A model generated the notes under the pieces. That model did no database searches, was not told where the DNA came from, and worked only from the letters and a program-made list of their open reading frames with translations. A stretch of 64,000 nt of DNA from Octopus sinensis (taxonomy: Eukaryota): positions 97,712,001 through 97,776,000 of the forward strand of contig NC_042997.1 in the NCBI RefSeq assembly GCF_006345805.1, in the 5' to 3' direction. Below, one piece after another: positions 1 through 11,842 of this stretch (position 1 is its first letter; each line of letters begins with the position of its first letter). The position numbers and the translations under genes are program-made.

Positions 1-19
1 ATAGATAGAAGAAAGAAAG

Positions 20-113
<94 letters not shown>
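1..113. repeat. (GATA)n microsatellite
   Basis: Direct tandem GATA/TAGA run. Confidence 0.98.
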
Positions 114-291
114 GATGTGTATATCCTGTTTGAGTGGAAAGAATATTCACAAGTGAATTCGCCACTTATATCAAAAAGATATGCCTTTCGAAGAAAAGAA
201 AAAGAAAACCGCATAAGAAGTAATGAAATAAAGAGAAGTGAGTAGAGCACATGCGAATATTCTTTCCACGCAAATAGGATAATCACATCAT
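112..291. repeat. Short inverted-repeat element (MITE-like), ~40-bp arms
   Basis: 112-151 ATGATGTGTATATCCTGTTTGAGTGGAAAGAATATTCACA matches the reverse complement of 252-291 with about 5 mismatches. Confidence 0.7.
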
Positions 292-573
292 GTAAATAGT
301 TTTACGACTGGACGAGACAGGAATACACATTATTATTTATGTGTGTATATATATTTTGTCAGTCCCCTATAATTTTATTTTATGTTCTTTGTTTTAGCTT
401 CACTCCTTGAACACGCATTGTTATTGTTTTACAGAATAGAGTAAGTGGAGCAAGAGCACACTCGAAAACGAAAAATGTCCCTGAAGAGGTCACAGAGGTA
501 TGACGAAAGATTTCCGGACAATGGACATGAGTCAAACATAAAAACAGTAATAAACGAGTGAAGAACAGATATA

Positions 574-1008
574 GGATCTTTTCGGCTTGAACGGCAGTTT
601 TTAACATAATTTCTAGGTAACTAAAAAAATTTTAACTTCGTATACTGGTAGAATGTGTTTATAAAACATCTTTTTCTCTTGGCTTTATTGATAAAATTCT
701 ATGGTTTGTAAGATATTTGTTGTTTTTTTTCTTCAATTTCTGCAATTTCAACCAATCACTGACGTCTATTGAGGTAAAAAAAAACACTTTGTGCCGTATG
801 AATATGTCCCTCGTTTAAGAAACAGATTGGGTTTATTTACATTTGTGAAGAAAAAAAGATACCCTTCCCCCACCCCTAACCTTAACCCTAACTAACACTA
901 ACCCTAAATCAGATTGAAATGCGATAGATCGATACTAGGGTCATAATTATGGGTGACAATTACATATGACACCGCTAGAAAAAACTGCCGTTCAAATCGA
1001 AAATATCC
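574..1008. mobile_element. Non-autonomous DNA transposon (MITE), GG termini, 8-bp TSD (Merlin-like)
   Basis: TIRs GGATCTTTTCGGCTTGAACGGCAGTTTTT / AAAAACTGCCGTTCAAATCGAAAATATCC; identical CAGATATA at 566-573 and 1009-1016; internal CCCTAA-like repeats at ~875-906. Confidence 0.85.
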
Positions 1009-1587
1009 CAGATATATAGTGCGTGTGCTTATTTGTCAAAAAAACAAAAAAAACAAAAACAAACAAACAAACAAACAAAAAAACAAACAAACAGGAAGAC
1101 CATCCTGAAATATAACAATAACAATTCTATATTTATTTTATATTCTTTTATATCTATTTATTATCTTCGTTGTTACAATTATCACCCTCGGTCATTTTTT
1201 AGTTTTAGTTTTTGGTTTCATTATATTTTTGTTGTTGTGAAGGTTGTGGTGGTGTTAATGATATTTGTTCTCTTATCATCACTATATATATATATATATA
1301 TATATATGTTACCGGTAAGAATAATTGATCATGCACATAACCTTCATAAATGGTTCAAATAACATCTAGACTGGCTTGAACAGTAGCATTTATTTAAAAT
1401 ACTCTTTTTCATCTTCTGCAGAATAAGTATATTCATTGAACGATATCACGCCTTGTATGCTCTGGCTGACCGTGCGTAACAATAGTACGGACGTTTTACT
1501 GAAATTAATTATGTGCCTCATATGATGAGGCCAGTTAATAGTAGAATGTTATAAAGTTAAAGTCTTGTTAGTTACAATGATGATAAC

Positions 1588-1588
<1 letters not shown>

Positions 1589-1685
<97 letters not shown>

Positions 1686-1686
1686 A

Positions 1687-1725
<39 letters not shown>

Positions 1726-1787
1726 ACACACACGCTCTCTCTCTCTCTCCCTCTCTCTCACTGTATTTCTGTCTCTCAACAACAACA

Positions 1788-1849
<62 letters not shown>
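1589..1849. repeat. Compound microsatellite (TATC)n, (CT)n, (CAA)n
   Basis: Direct tandem runs. Confidence 0.97.
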
Positions 1850-1986
1850 GCATCATGTCATTATAGTGAAAGGCTTTTCCTGAAGTTTGTGTTGCGTTGT
1901 CTGTGTGTTCAAAGACATACAGAAACACACACACACATCCACACAGAAATGCACACTAATAACTCCCACAAAATAACTATAAGTAT

Positions 1987-2044
<58 letters not shown>

Positions 2045-2056
2045 TATATATATATA

Positions 2057-3928
2057 AAGGAAATGAAGAAAATGCTGACTAAATAATTTAAGTAAGGGAG
2101 AGTATAGGTGAAAGTTCTTTACCGGTGCGCATTTGTTATGCTTATCAAAAGATATTTTTTAAGAGAGATAGAGTTCCTTTCTGATAGATTTTTTCTCTTG
2201 TCAGATAAGAGAAAAAAAAATCTATCTGAAAGGAACTCTATCTCTCTTAGAAAAATATCTTTTGATAAGCATAACAAATGCGCAACCGGTAAAGAACTTT
2301 CACCTAATTAAATACACTCTCCCTTACTTAAATTATTTAGTCAGCATTTTCTTCATTTCCTTTTTTTATATATCACAACTCGTGTTCCACATCTCCTTTT
2401 TTAAATATATATATATATATATTCCTTTTTAAAATATATATATATATATATTCCTTTTTAAAATATATATATATATTCCTTTTTAAACAAGGACAACGTT
2501 TCACAGTAAAACACAACTTCACATGCGCATCAGAAAACCTAGTATATGTCTTAACTTGCTCGGGCTGTAATGAACACTACATAGGCCAAACTAAAAATAG
2601 CCTCCGCCAACGCATGACTGTCCACAGATCCCAAATAAAAATACAGGAATACAGAAAAATAGCACTTAGTGCACATATTGATACTGTGCCGCACAACTTC
2701 ATCCCAATTTTAGAATCTTTCCCCTCTACAAATTTAAAGACAATGCCACTCATACCCAGCGATAACACATGGAATCCCACTTATTAATAAATACAGACCA
2801 CTTCTAAACACATCCCCCTAACACGAACCCACAACAAACACACTTACACCTGCACAACCCTACACACACTTTTACCCGATATTAACACCATGACACACGC
2901 AAATATATGGTTCCACACATACACATAATTTGATACGGGTGCAAAACATCCAACACTATTTTTGGAAATGACTGTAAATATTGACTTCACACAAACACGT
3001 TGCTCGATATAGGCACAAGGCCAGCAGAACTATAAATATTGAAAAAAAATAATTTCCAAAAAATAGTGTTGGATGTTTTGCACCCGTATCAAATTATGTG
3101 TATATGTGGAACCATATATTTGCGTGTGTCATGGTGTTAATATCTGGGTAAAAGTGTGTGTAGGGTGTGTGCAGGTGTAAGTGTGTTTGTTGTGGGTTCG
3201 TGTTAGGGGGATGTGTTTAGAAGTGGTCTGTATTTATTAATAAGGTGGGATTCCACACACACACACACGCGCGCACACATACATACATATAGCTCTTCCT
3301 GTCCTAAACGAACTTACTTATCCAGCTCAAATTCAGTCAAGCGGAAAATACACTCCTTAACTACGCGCTAAAAAGCTATTTAAAATATCCACATGACGTC
3401 TACTGACCAGCCTGAATAATAAGAATTTTCAACAACGCTATTTTCGAAAACTCCATACACCACCCACACTAACATTCATTCTAAACATTCACGTGACCTC
3501 TCTATTATGACCACATGCACGTGACCTCTTTATTATGACCAATAAGAATTTTAGGCGCGACACTAGCCAAATTTTAACATCTCTGGAGCCTATTTTCTTA
3601 ACCCAACACCAACTTCCATTCAACATTCACGTGACCCTTTATAATGACCAATTAAAATTGTATTGACCATTGTCCACAAGAAATTTTAGGCGCGAAAACA
3701 AGCAAATCTTAAACAACTCTGGAGCCTCTTTTTTCACATTAAGAGACAGCAAACCCAACATAAAGTCAGATAAGAGAAAAAAATGTATCAGAAAGGAACT
3801 CTATCTCTCTTAAAAAAATATCTTTTGATAAGCATAACAAATGCGCAACCGGGTAAAAAGAACTTTCACCTAATAAATACACTCTCCCTTACTTAAATTA
3901 TTTTGTCAGCATTTTCAGCATTTTCCTT

Positions 3929-3930
<2 letters not shown>
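2057..3930 (+). mobile_element. Penelope-like element, 5'-truncated and rearranged copy 1
   Basis: GIY-YIG coding fragment at ~2477-2815 (..NFTCASENLVYVLTCSGCNEHYIGQTKNSLRQRMTVHRSQI..); 3' non-coding region nearly identical to 6156-6980 and 21590-22585; two internal fold-backs; flanked by (TA)n. Confidence 0.85.
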
Positions 3931-3961
<31 letters not shown>

Positions 3962-3963
<2 letters not shown>

Positions 3964-4250
3964 GTATGATCTGTTCGAGACATGCAGTGAAAAGTTTTGG
4001 GGAGATTGTATCTCCTTGCTTCACTCCCTTTCTCGTTCCGGCACTCGTATGGGTAATGACAGTAGAGCTATGTCGGTTGTGCATCCGAATTTGCCTATCT
4101 GAGCAGCTGCACATATTGCGCTTCGATTCCTTGCCTCCTGCAGCGAGTTCAGCACTGCGTTGGTTTCGACTCTATCGAAGGCCTTCTCATAATCTATAAC
4201 GCAACGCAAAGAGGCAGCTTGTACTCATTTGCTCGCTCAAGCAGTTGCGT
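3962..4250 (-). mobile_element. RTE-type LINE reverse transcriptase fragment
   Basis: Minus-strand translation gives EYKLPLCVA/IDYEKAFDRVETNAVLNSL and RQGDTISPKLFTACLE motifs, with frameshifts. Confidence 0.85.
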
Positions 4251-4704
4251 TGTAATATATATATATAGAGAGAGAGAATAACATACATACATACATACAT
4301 ACAAACACAACACACCACACACCCCACACAGCCACACACACACACCACACACACACACACACACACACCACACACACCACCACACATATATATTATACAT
4401 ATATGTATATACATATGTGTGTGACGGAGAACACGGCCAGTTGATAGTAGTTATGCTATATAGTAAAAGTCTTTTGTGAAGTCTGTGTTGAGTTGTGTTC
4501 ACGGACTTGTACTTAAAATTCCCGAGTTTTTAATCAAAACTAGTTAGTTACTATGGTGACTGCACTCTACCTACCTATCTCCCCGCCCTGTATTTCTCTC
4601 TCAGCAACAACTTTTTTCCTCCCCTTCTTCCTGTCCTTCGCATACATCGTGTGACGAACAGACAGACGGAGATCAGCTTATATTTTATAATATAAGATTG
4701 TTAA

Positions 4705-5290
4705 GGCGGCGAGCTGGCAGAATCGTTAGCACACCGGGCGAAATGCTTAGCGGTATTTCGTCTGAGTTCAAATTCCGCCGAGGTCGACTTTGCCTTTCAT
4801 CCTTTCGGGGTCGATTAAATAAGTACCAGTTACGCACCGGGGTCGATATATTCGACTTAATCCGTTTGTCTGTCCTTGTTTGTCCTCTCTGTGCTTAGCC
4901 CCTTGTGGGTAGTTAAGAAATAGGTATTTCGTCTGTCATTACGTTCTAAGTTCAAATTCCGCCGAGGTCGACTTTGACTTTCATCCTTTCGGAGTCGAAA
5001 AATTAAATACCATTTGCGTACTGGGATCGATCTAATCGACTAGCCCCCTCCCCCAAAATTTCGGGCCTTATACCTAGAGTAGAAAAGAATCGTTAGTACG
5101 CTGGACAAAAGGCTTAGCAGCATTTCTTTCTTGGCTGCACGTTCTGAGTCGTTCTAATTCCTCCGAGGTCAACCTTACATTTCATCTTTTTGGAGTCGAA
5201 ATAACTATCGATTTGAATACTGGGATCGATATAATCGATTAGTTTCCTTTCCAAACATTTCAGGCCTAGTATCTATAATAGAGATAATTT
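4705..5290 (+). mobile_element. tRNA-head SINE family B (Meta-like core), three-unit tandem array
   Basis: Head GGCGGCGAGCTGGCAGAATCGTTAGC, B-box-like GAGTTCAAATTCC, core GTCGACTTTGCCTTTCATCCTTTCGGGGTCGAT..AAGTACC repeated three times. Confidence 0.85.
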
Positions 5291-5422
5291 CACTATTATT
5301 GTTGTTAATTGTTCGACGTTAATTTTTAAAATTTTATATTTCATTTTCGTAATTGCTGTAGGTTTAATCATCCCAAGCTAGCAGAAATATAGGCGTAGTA
5401 TACATACGTGTATTTATATATA

Positions 5423-5651
5423 TATTTCTTTACTACCCACAAGGGGCTAAACACAGAGGGGACAAACAAGGACAGACAAACGGATTAAGTCAATTACATC
5501 GACCCCAGTGCGTAACTGGTACTTAATTCATCGACCCCGAAAGGATGAAGGGCAAAGTTGACCTCGGCGGAATTTGAACCCAGAACGTAACAGCAGACGA
5601 AATACTGTTAAGCATTTTGCCCTGCGTGCTAACGTTTCTGCCAGCTCGCCG
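5423..5651 (-). mobile_element. SINE family B
   Basis: Reverse complement of 4705-4921. Confidence 0.9.
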
Positions 5652-6055
5652 ACTTATTTTTATATAACCAATTCACATGTTCGTATTTATGCGTTTGTGT
5701 TTGTGTGTATGTGTGTGTGTTTGTGTGTATGTGTGTGTGTTTGTGTGTATGTGTGTGTGTGTGTATGCTTGCGTGAGTGCGCGCGCGAATGTTCACCAAA
5801 ATCTTACAATTAAATCAGAGTTGTTTTCCTTTAGTCGGTTAAATGGTACGCTGACCTTCTTACATAGCACTGATTTTTACCATGTAGCAACTTCACGCAG
5901 CAGCTGACGAACGGTGTCACGGGAATTGTTAGCTGACTGTCAGTCGGACAACTTCATAATTGTGGGTTGCCGGGAAACTTGGAGTACTATATGTAAGCCT
6001 TCCATAATATAATATAATATAATATAATATATTAAATATATTCCTAATTTTCAGA

Positions 6056-6155
6056 NNNNNNNNNNNNNNNNNNNNNNNNNNNNNNNNNNNNNNNNNNNNN
6101 NNNNNNNNNNNNNNNNNNNNNNNNNNNNNNNNNNNNNNNNNNNNNNNNNNNNNNN
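6056..6155. other. Assembly gap (100 N)
   Basis: Run of N. Confidence 1.
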
Positions 6156-6979
6156 AAACACGTTGCTTCCCGATACAGGCACAAGGCCAGCAGAACTATA
6201 AATATTGTACCCACACACGCACACATATATACACGCGCGCGCGCCCCAACATACATATAAACACACACACACATACACACACGCGCGCGGGCACACATAC
6301 ATATACCTCTTCCTGTCCTAAACGACCTTACTTATCCAGCACAAATTCAGTCAAGCGAAAAATACACTCCTTAACTACGCGCTAAAAAGCTATTTAAAAT
6401 ATCCACATGACGTCTACTGACCAGCCTGAACATTAAGAATTTTCAACAACGCTATTTTCGAAAACTCCATACACCACCCACACTAACATTCATTCTAAAC
6501 ATTCACGTGACCTCTCTATTATGACCACATGCACGTGACCTCTTTATTATGACCAATAAGAAATTTTAGGCACGACACTAGCCAAATTTTAACATCTCTG
6601 GAGTCTATTTTCTTACCCCAACACCAACTTCCATTCAAACATTCACGTGACCCCTTTATAATGACCAATTAAAATTGTATTGACCATTGTCCACAAGAAA
6701 TTTTAGGCGCGAAACCAAGCAAATCTTAAACAACTCTGGAGCCTCTTTTTCACATATAAGAGACAGCAAACCCAACATAAAGTCAGATAAGAGAAAAAAA
6801 TGTATCAGAAAGGAACTCTATCTCTCTTAAAAAAAATCTTTTGAAAAGCATAACAAAGCGCAACGGTAAAAAGAACTTTCACCTAATTAAATACACTCTC
6901 CTTACTTAAATTATTTTGTCAGCATTTTCTTCATTTCCTTTTTTTATATATCACAACTCGTGTTCCACATCTCCTTTTT

Positions 6980-6983
<4 letters not shown>
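6156..6983 (+). mobile_element. Penelope-like element 3' region, copy 2 (cut by gap)
   Basis: Near-identical to 21758-22588; ends in (TA)n. Confidence 0.85.
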
Positions 6984-7073
<90 letters not shown>

Positions 7074-7590
7074 AATATGCATATAAATATAGAGAGACTT
7101 ATATACATATACGTACATATATATATACTCACATATACATACACACACACATACATCATTTGGACATATGCACACACACAAATATACACGCACATACATA
7201 CATATACACATGCATATACATATACAAACAGACACATATATATATATATAGGTAAAAAATTAAAGAGTGCGTACGTTACATGAATAATATTTTCTGGATT
7301 AGACAGCATACGGAAAATATGACCTACTTATATATATATATAACAAAAAAAGACGTGTAGTAAATAAACAAACAAGCATATAGTAAATACTCAGGCGGAC
7401 AGAAAACATAGGTCATCAGTTATCGGCCAGAGGTGTCAACGCAATTTCAACCATAATCGATAATATTGCTTCCACTCTGGAGGCACCGACAAGAAACTTG
7501 CCGGGAATGGGACCTAAACATAACAAAGCGAAACAATAAACAGAATAAAGGCTTAGGGTCACACGAAGGCAACAATTAATAATGATAATA

Positions 7591-7735
7591 CAGGCGTGGC
7601 TGTGTGATAAGTAGCTTGCTTACCAACCACATGGTTCCGGGTTCAGTCCCACTGCGTGGCACCTTGGGCAAGTGTCTTCTACTATAGCCTCGGTCCGATC
7701 AAAGCCTTGTGAGTGAATTTGGTAGACGGAACATG
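7591..7735 (+). mobile_element. SINE family A, 5' portion
   Basis: Matches the head of 15011-15467. Confidence 0.85.
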
Positions 7736-7829
7736 GCCATAGCTTTGGGCTGAAACTAATATAAATATAAATATAAAATAAACTATATATATATATATAA
7801 TTATATATATATATATATATAGATATATA

Positions 7830-7860
<31 letters not shown>

Positions 7861-7861
7861 A

Positions 7862-9620
7862 CCGTATTTGACGGCATATTAGACCACTGGCATATTAGAC
7901 GCACCCTCATTCAGCAGGTCAAATTCAGGAAAAAAAGTTTTAAGTGTATTTAAGCATATATTGTTGAAAGCAGTCTAGCAGCACATTACAAAAGCAGAAA
8001 ACATTGCTGTATAAAAGCAAGCATACAAAAGGAAAGCATACAAATTGCAATAGTAATCATCTTTTTAACCAGAAAACTCTCCATCATCTTCTACACCAGA
8101 AAAGTCTTCATCATCTTCAAAATAAGGAACATCTTCATCACTACTGCTGAAATCACTGTCTTCAAATAATGCATCATCTTCTGTGCCATCAAGGGCATTG
8201 CTAATGCCACACTTCTTAAAAGCCTTCACAATGATTTCTAACATCATCCCAAGATTTCTTCACCCACTCACACACTTCAGCAATGGTGGGCCGCTTCATT
8301 CTTCCTGTGGGTGTGAGGGCATGATGTGGCTCTGCCATCCACTTGTTCCAATATTCACGCATGTTCTGCTTAAATGGCTTATTCACAGACACATCTAAAG
8401 GCTGCAATTGGCTCGTCAGTCCACCAGGAATGACAGCTAACTGCGTTTTCAATTCTCCCACCCTTTTTTAATGGCTTCAGTTCTATGTGCTCTAAACTGA
8501 TCCCAAACCAGAAGAGAAGGTTTTCTTAATAGTCCACCAGGACGCCTTGACCATATATTTTGTAACCACAGTTTCATTCCATTTTCGTCCATCCAGCCTT
8601 TTTCGTGCACATGAACTAGTACACCTCTTGGAATTTTATCCTTAGGCTGAGTTTTTCTCTTAAATATCAAAAGAGGTGGCAGTTTTATGCCATCAGCACA
8701 ACAGGCCAGAGCTACTGTATAGTGGGTCTCTTCGTGGCCAGTGGTTTTTATCGAAACCGTTTTAGACCCTTTGACACTCACAGTCTTGTTGGATGGTACA
8801 TCAAATGTGAGTGGAACTTCGTCCATATTCCCTATTTGGCCCAGTTCAAAACAAGTTTTCTTTCTTGCATTTATAACAAATCTATGAAAATCTAATATTT
8901 TTTCTTCATAATCAGCAGGCATTTTGTGCAATGGAGGTTTTTGTACGCATTGATAAACCCTTCCGTTTCATAAACCTGTAACACCAACCTTCTGTCCTGC
9001 AAAGTTCTGTATCCCTCGTTGTTCTGCTACTCTCATGGCCTCATGAATTATCATTTTGGTAGATACACTCTCCCTGAGTTTCTCTCATCAAGCACCCACG
9101 TTTTTATATCATCCTCAAGTTCTGGCCAATGTGGGGCTGGGCAACGAAGGTTATGTTTACCTTTCTGTGCTCTCATCAGCTGCTTTTCTTGCTGTCGCCA
9201 GACACGTATAATTTTTTCTGTAGGTGGTGGCCCAAAAACCCTTGCTGCTGCTCTATTTCCATGCTCCTTGGCATAATCTACCACTCGTAGTTTGTAGGAG
9301 ATTTGGTAGCTTGATCTTTTTGCTGCCATAGCCATGAGGGTGCTTGTACTGTTGTAGTGTGTTTTGTTATGATCATAAACTTTGTTGTACCAAGATATCC
9401 AACCTACCTCCGTATATACACGAACTCGCAACGATCATGTGCATTCTGTAGTTTTACTCCTCACCGTCAGATGGCATCGAGTTAGGGTTCCGATCAGCTG
9501 ATATTAGTAAACGTGTGTCATGGATCGCAGCCTAACAATTTACGGTAGATGCTTTGATTTTTACGATAATTCGTATTTTAAAGTAATAATACTGTAATAA
9601 TAATAATAATAATAATAATA

Positions 9621-9661
<41 letters not shown>

Positions 9662-9856
9662 GCAATAAAATAATGATGCATGAGTACGGAAAAATCATTA
9701 AGGCGTTAGCGTAGGTAGAAATACTTATCGTAAGCTAGGTTAGTGAGCGTCTGGGAGAAGATTAGCCTACGGGAGGGTCTTGACATCGCATATTAGACGC
9801 AGGGCGATTTTTTAGCCAATTTTTGGGAAAAAAGTGCGTCCTATATGCCGTCAAAT

Positions 9857-9860
<4 letters not shown>
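7862..9860 (-). mobile_element. pogo-superfamily (Passer/POGK-like) DNA transposon, full length
   Basis: TIRs CCGTATTTGACGGCATAT / ATATGCCGTCAAATACGG, subterminal TATTAGACGCA repeats, embedded in (TA)n; carries a transposase. Confidence 0.93.
8065..9335 (-). pseudogene. pogo transposase (Brinker-like DBD, CENP-B HTH, DDE_1; DD35D), split by about four frameshifts
   Basis: ORF pieces 9431-9051, 8931-8449, 8461-8216 and 8247-8065 join into GNMDEVP / VWDQFRAH / LQPLDVSVNKPFK / KAFKKCGISNALDGTEDD with an acidic tail; 35 residues between the second and third D. Confidence 0.9.
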
Positions 9861-9928
<68 letters not shown>

Positions 9929-9949
9929 GACGCCATGATAGATCGTTAG

Positions 9950-10076
9950 CTCCTACACGCATTTTTTCTCTCGTTTTTTTCTGTGTATCTTTCTGTCGAA
10001 GAGCGTAGGCTCGAAACGTAAAAGACCTTTTCTATTCCTGAGCGCTATACTAATACATTTGTTTGTTTGTACTCCA
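9950..10076 (+). mobile_element. Short repeat carrying a minimal hammerhead motif (Penelope pLTR-like)
   Basis: Homologous to the reverse complement of 10218-10348 and 20634-20735. Confidence 0.65.
9988..10025 (+). ncRNA. Minimal type I hammerhead ribozyme-like motif (variant core)
   Basis: TCTTT-CTGTCGA-A-GAGC(GTAG)GCTC-GAAA-CG-TA-AAAGA: stem I TCTTT/AAAGA, stem II GAGC/GCTC, palindromic ACGT mini stem III. Confidence 0.6.
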
Positions 10077-10098
10077 GATGACAAGCGAAAGCGCAAAC

Positions 10099-10197
10099 AT
10101 GGGGCTATTTGAAGGGCCCGGTCTATATCCCCCCTTTTCCTGCAAACCTAAAGGAACTTGAGCAGATAATCACTACCGCACTGGAGACTGTTACCCA
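10099..10197 (+). mobile_element. Tc1/mariner-superfamily transposase C-terminal remnant
   Basis: Translates WGYLKGPVYIPPFPANLKELEQIITTALETVT, similar to the WGYLK..VY motif after the third catalytic residue. Confidence 0.6.
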
Positions 10198-10217
10198 GAA
10201 ACAAAAGACGAAGGCAG

Positions 10218-10348
10218 GTGGTGTAGACAACAAACGGATGTATTAGTTTAACGCTCAGGAAGTGAAAATGTCCTTAACGTTTCGACCCTACGCTCTTCCG
10301 CAGAAAGAACACAGAAAGAAACAGGGAGAGAAAATAAAGAACGTGTAA
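10218..10348 (-). mobile_element. Second copy of the hammerhead-bearing short repeat
   Basis: Minus strand 10308-10271 reads TCTTT CTGCGGA A GAGC GTAG GGTC GAAA CG TT AAGGA. Confidence 0.6.
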
Positions 10349-10925
10349 TATTCAACTTACGCCGGTAGTAGCTTCCCCACTCCCGTAGATAGGCATGTAT
10401 CACTAATTATTATAACTATTCTAATTGCATAACTAAATTTTTCAGTCGGCCGAAATGTTTTCAGAGGGACTGCATGTAACATCGATTGGTATGTCCTTAT
10501 TTCCTCTTTTTCCCTTACTTTTTCTTTATTTTCCCACTCCGATGAAGTTCCAATATTTAACTTGGTATAATTATTAACAGTAATAATTACAATTATTGTA
10601 ATAAATAAGCCTGATTATGCCCAAATTAGCGCGAACAGAAACAGCTGTTAGATGAGAGATAGTGTCTTTTTGTAATCAATAAATGATAATTGATGTTTCT
10701 CATTTATCAATTTTATCTCCATTTTCTTAATTTTTCCTTAAATATAGATAATGGAGGGTCGAAGTTGGGAACATAAACATGACAGAAGAGACATACAAAG
10801 AAAACCGAAAGAAAACAAGCATGGAGGGTCGTTAGACCAGAACGAGAGGGAAATAATGAACGCTGGGAGAAACATTTTTGTGGAAAGAGAAAAGATAGAA
10901 CAGAGAAAAAACACGTTCGCTCTAC

Positions 10926-10958
<33 letters not shown>

Positions 10959-11247
10959 TGTATGTATGTATGTATGTATGTATGTATGTATGTATGTATG
11001 TATGTGTGTATTATGTATGTATGCATGTATGTATGTATGTATGTATGTATGTATGTATTATGTATGTATGCATGTATGTATGTATGTATGTATGTATGTA
11101 TGCATGTATGTATGCATGTATATATGTATGTTAAAATGTATGTATTATGTATGTATGTATGTATTATGTATGTATGCATGTATGTATGTATGTATGTATG
11201 CATTACGTATGTATGTATGTATGTATGCATGCATGTATGTATGCATG

Positions 11248-11281
<34 letters not shown>

Positions 11282-11312
11282 TGTATGTATGTATGTATTG
11301 TATGTATGTATG
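10926..11312. repeat. (TATG)n microsatellite, degenerate
   Basis: Direct tandem run. Confidence 0.97.
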
Positions 11313-11842
11313 TGGTTTTTCATTTAAGCACAAAGCCAGAAAATTGCAGGACGGGGATTAGTCGATAGTATCGACCAAGCAATTGACTGATATCTTATAT
11401 TGTTGCCCTTGGTGGCGGTGGTCGTGGTCGTGGTGTGTGTGTGTGTATGGGGGGTGGAGGTGAGGATTACTTTGTTGGGTTTTTGAACTCTGAATCTTGA
11501 GAGCGGAACAAATAGCACAAAGTTTTCCCCACCATCAGCTCCTACTCTAACAATACAGCCATCCTACCACCCTTATACTTGTATATATATATTTCAAATT
11601 TAGCACATTTCAACTTTTAGCATAATGCCAGCAATTTTAGAAGGGTTGGGAGAATATTCGATTACATCGACTCCAGTACTTTATTTGTACTTTATTTTAT
11701 CGACCCCGAAGGAATAAAAGATGCACTTGACCACGGCGAGATTTTGAACTTAGAATGTATTGTTGCATTCGTAATAAAATCATGAATAGCGCATTTCTGT
11801 ACATGTTCAAAACCCTAATAAGTATCATCTAAAACTTGAGAT

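Noticed and set aside
875-906. Telomere or chromosome-fusion relic
   Set aside because: Only about five degenerate units, internal to a MITE.
7405-7456. Permuted hammerhead (minus strand GAAA..CTGATGA)
   Set aside because: Core words are present but stems I and II do not pair adequately.
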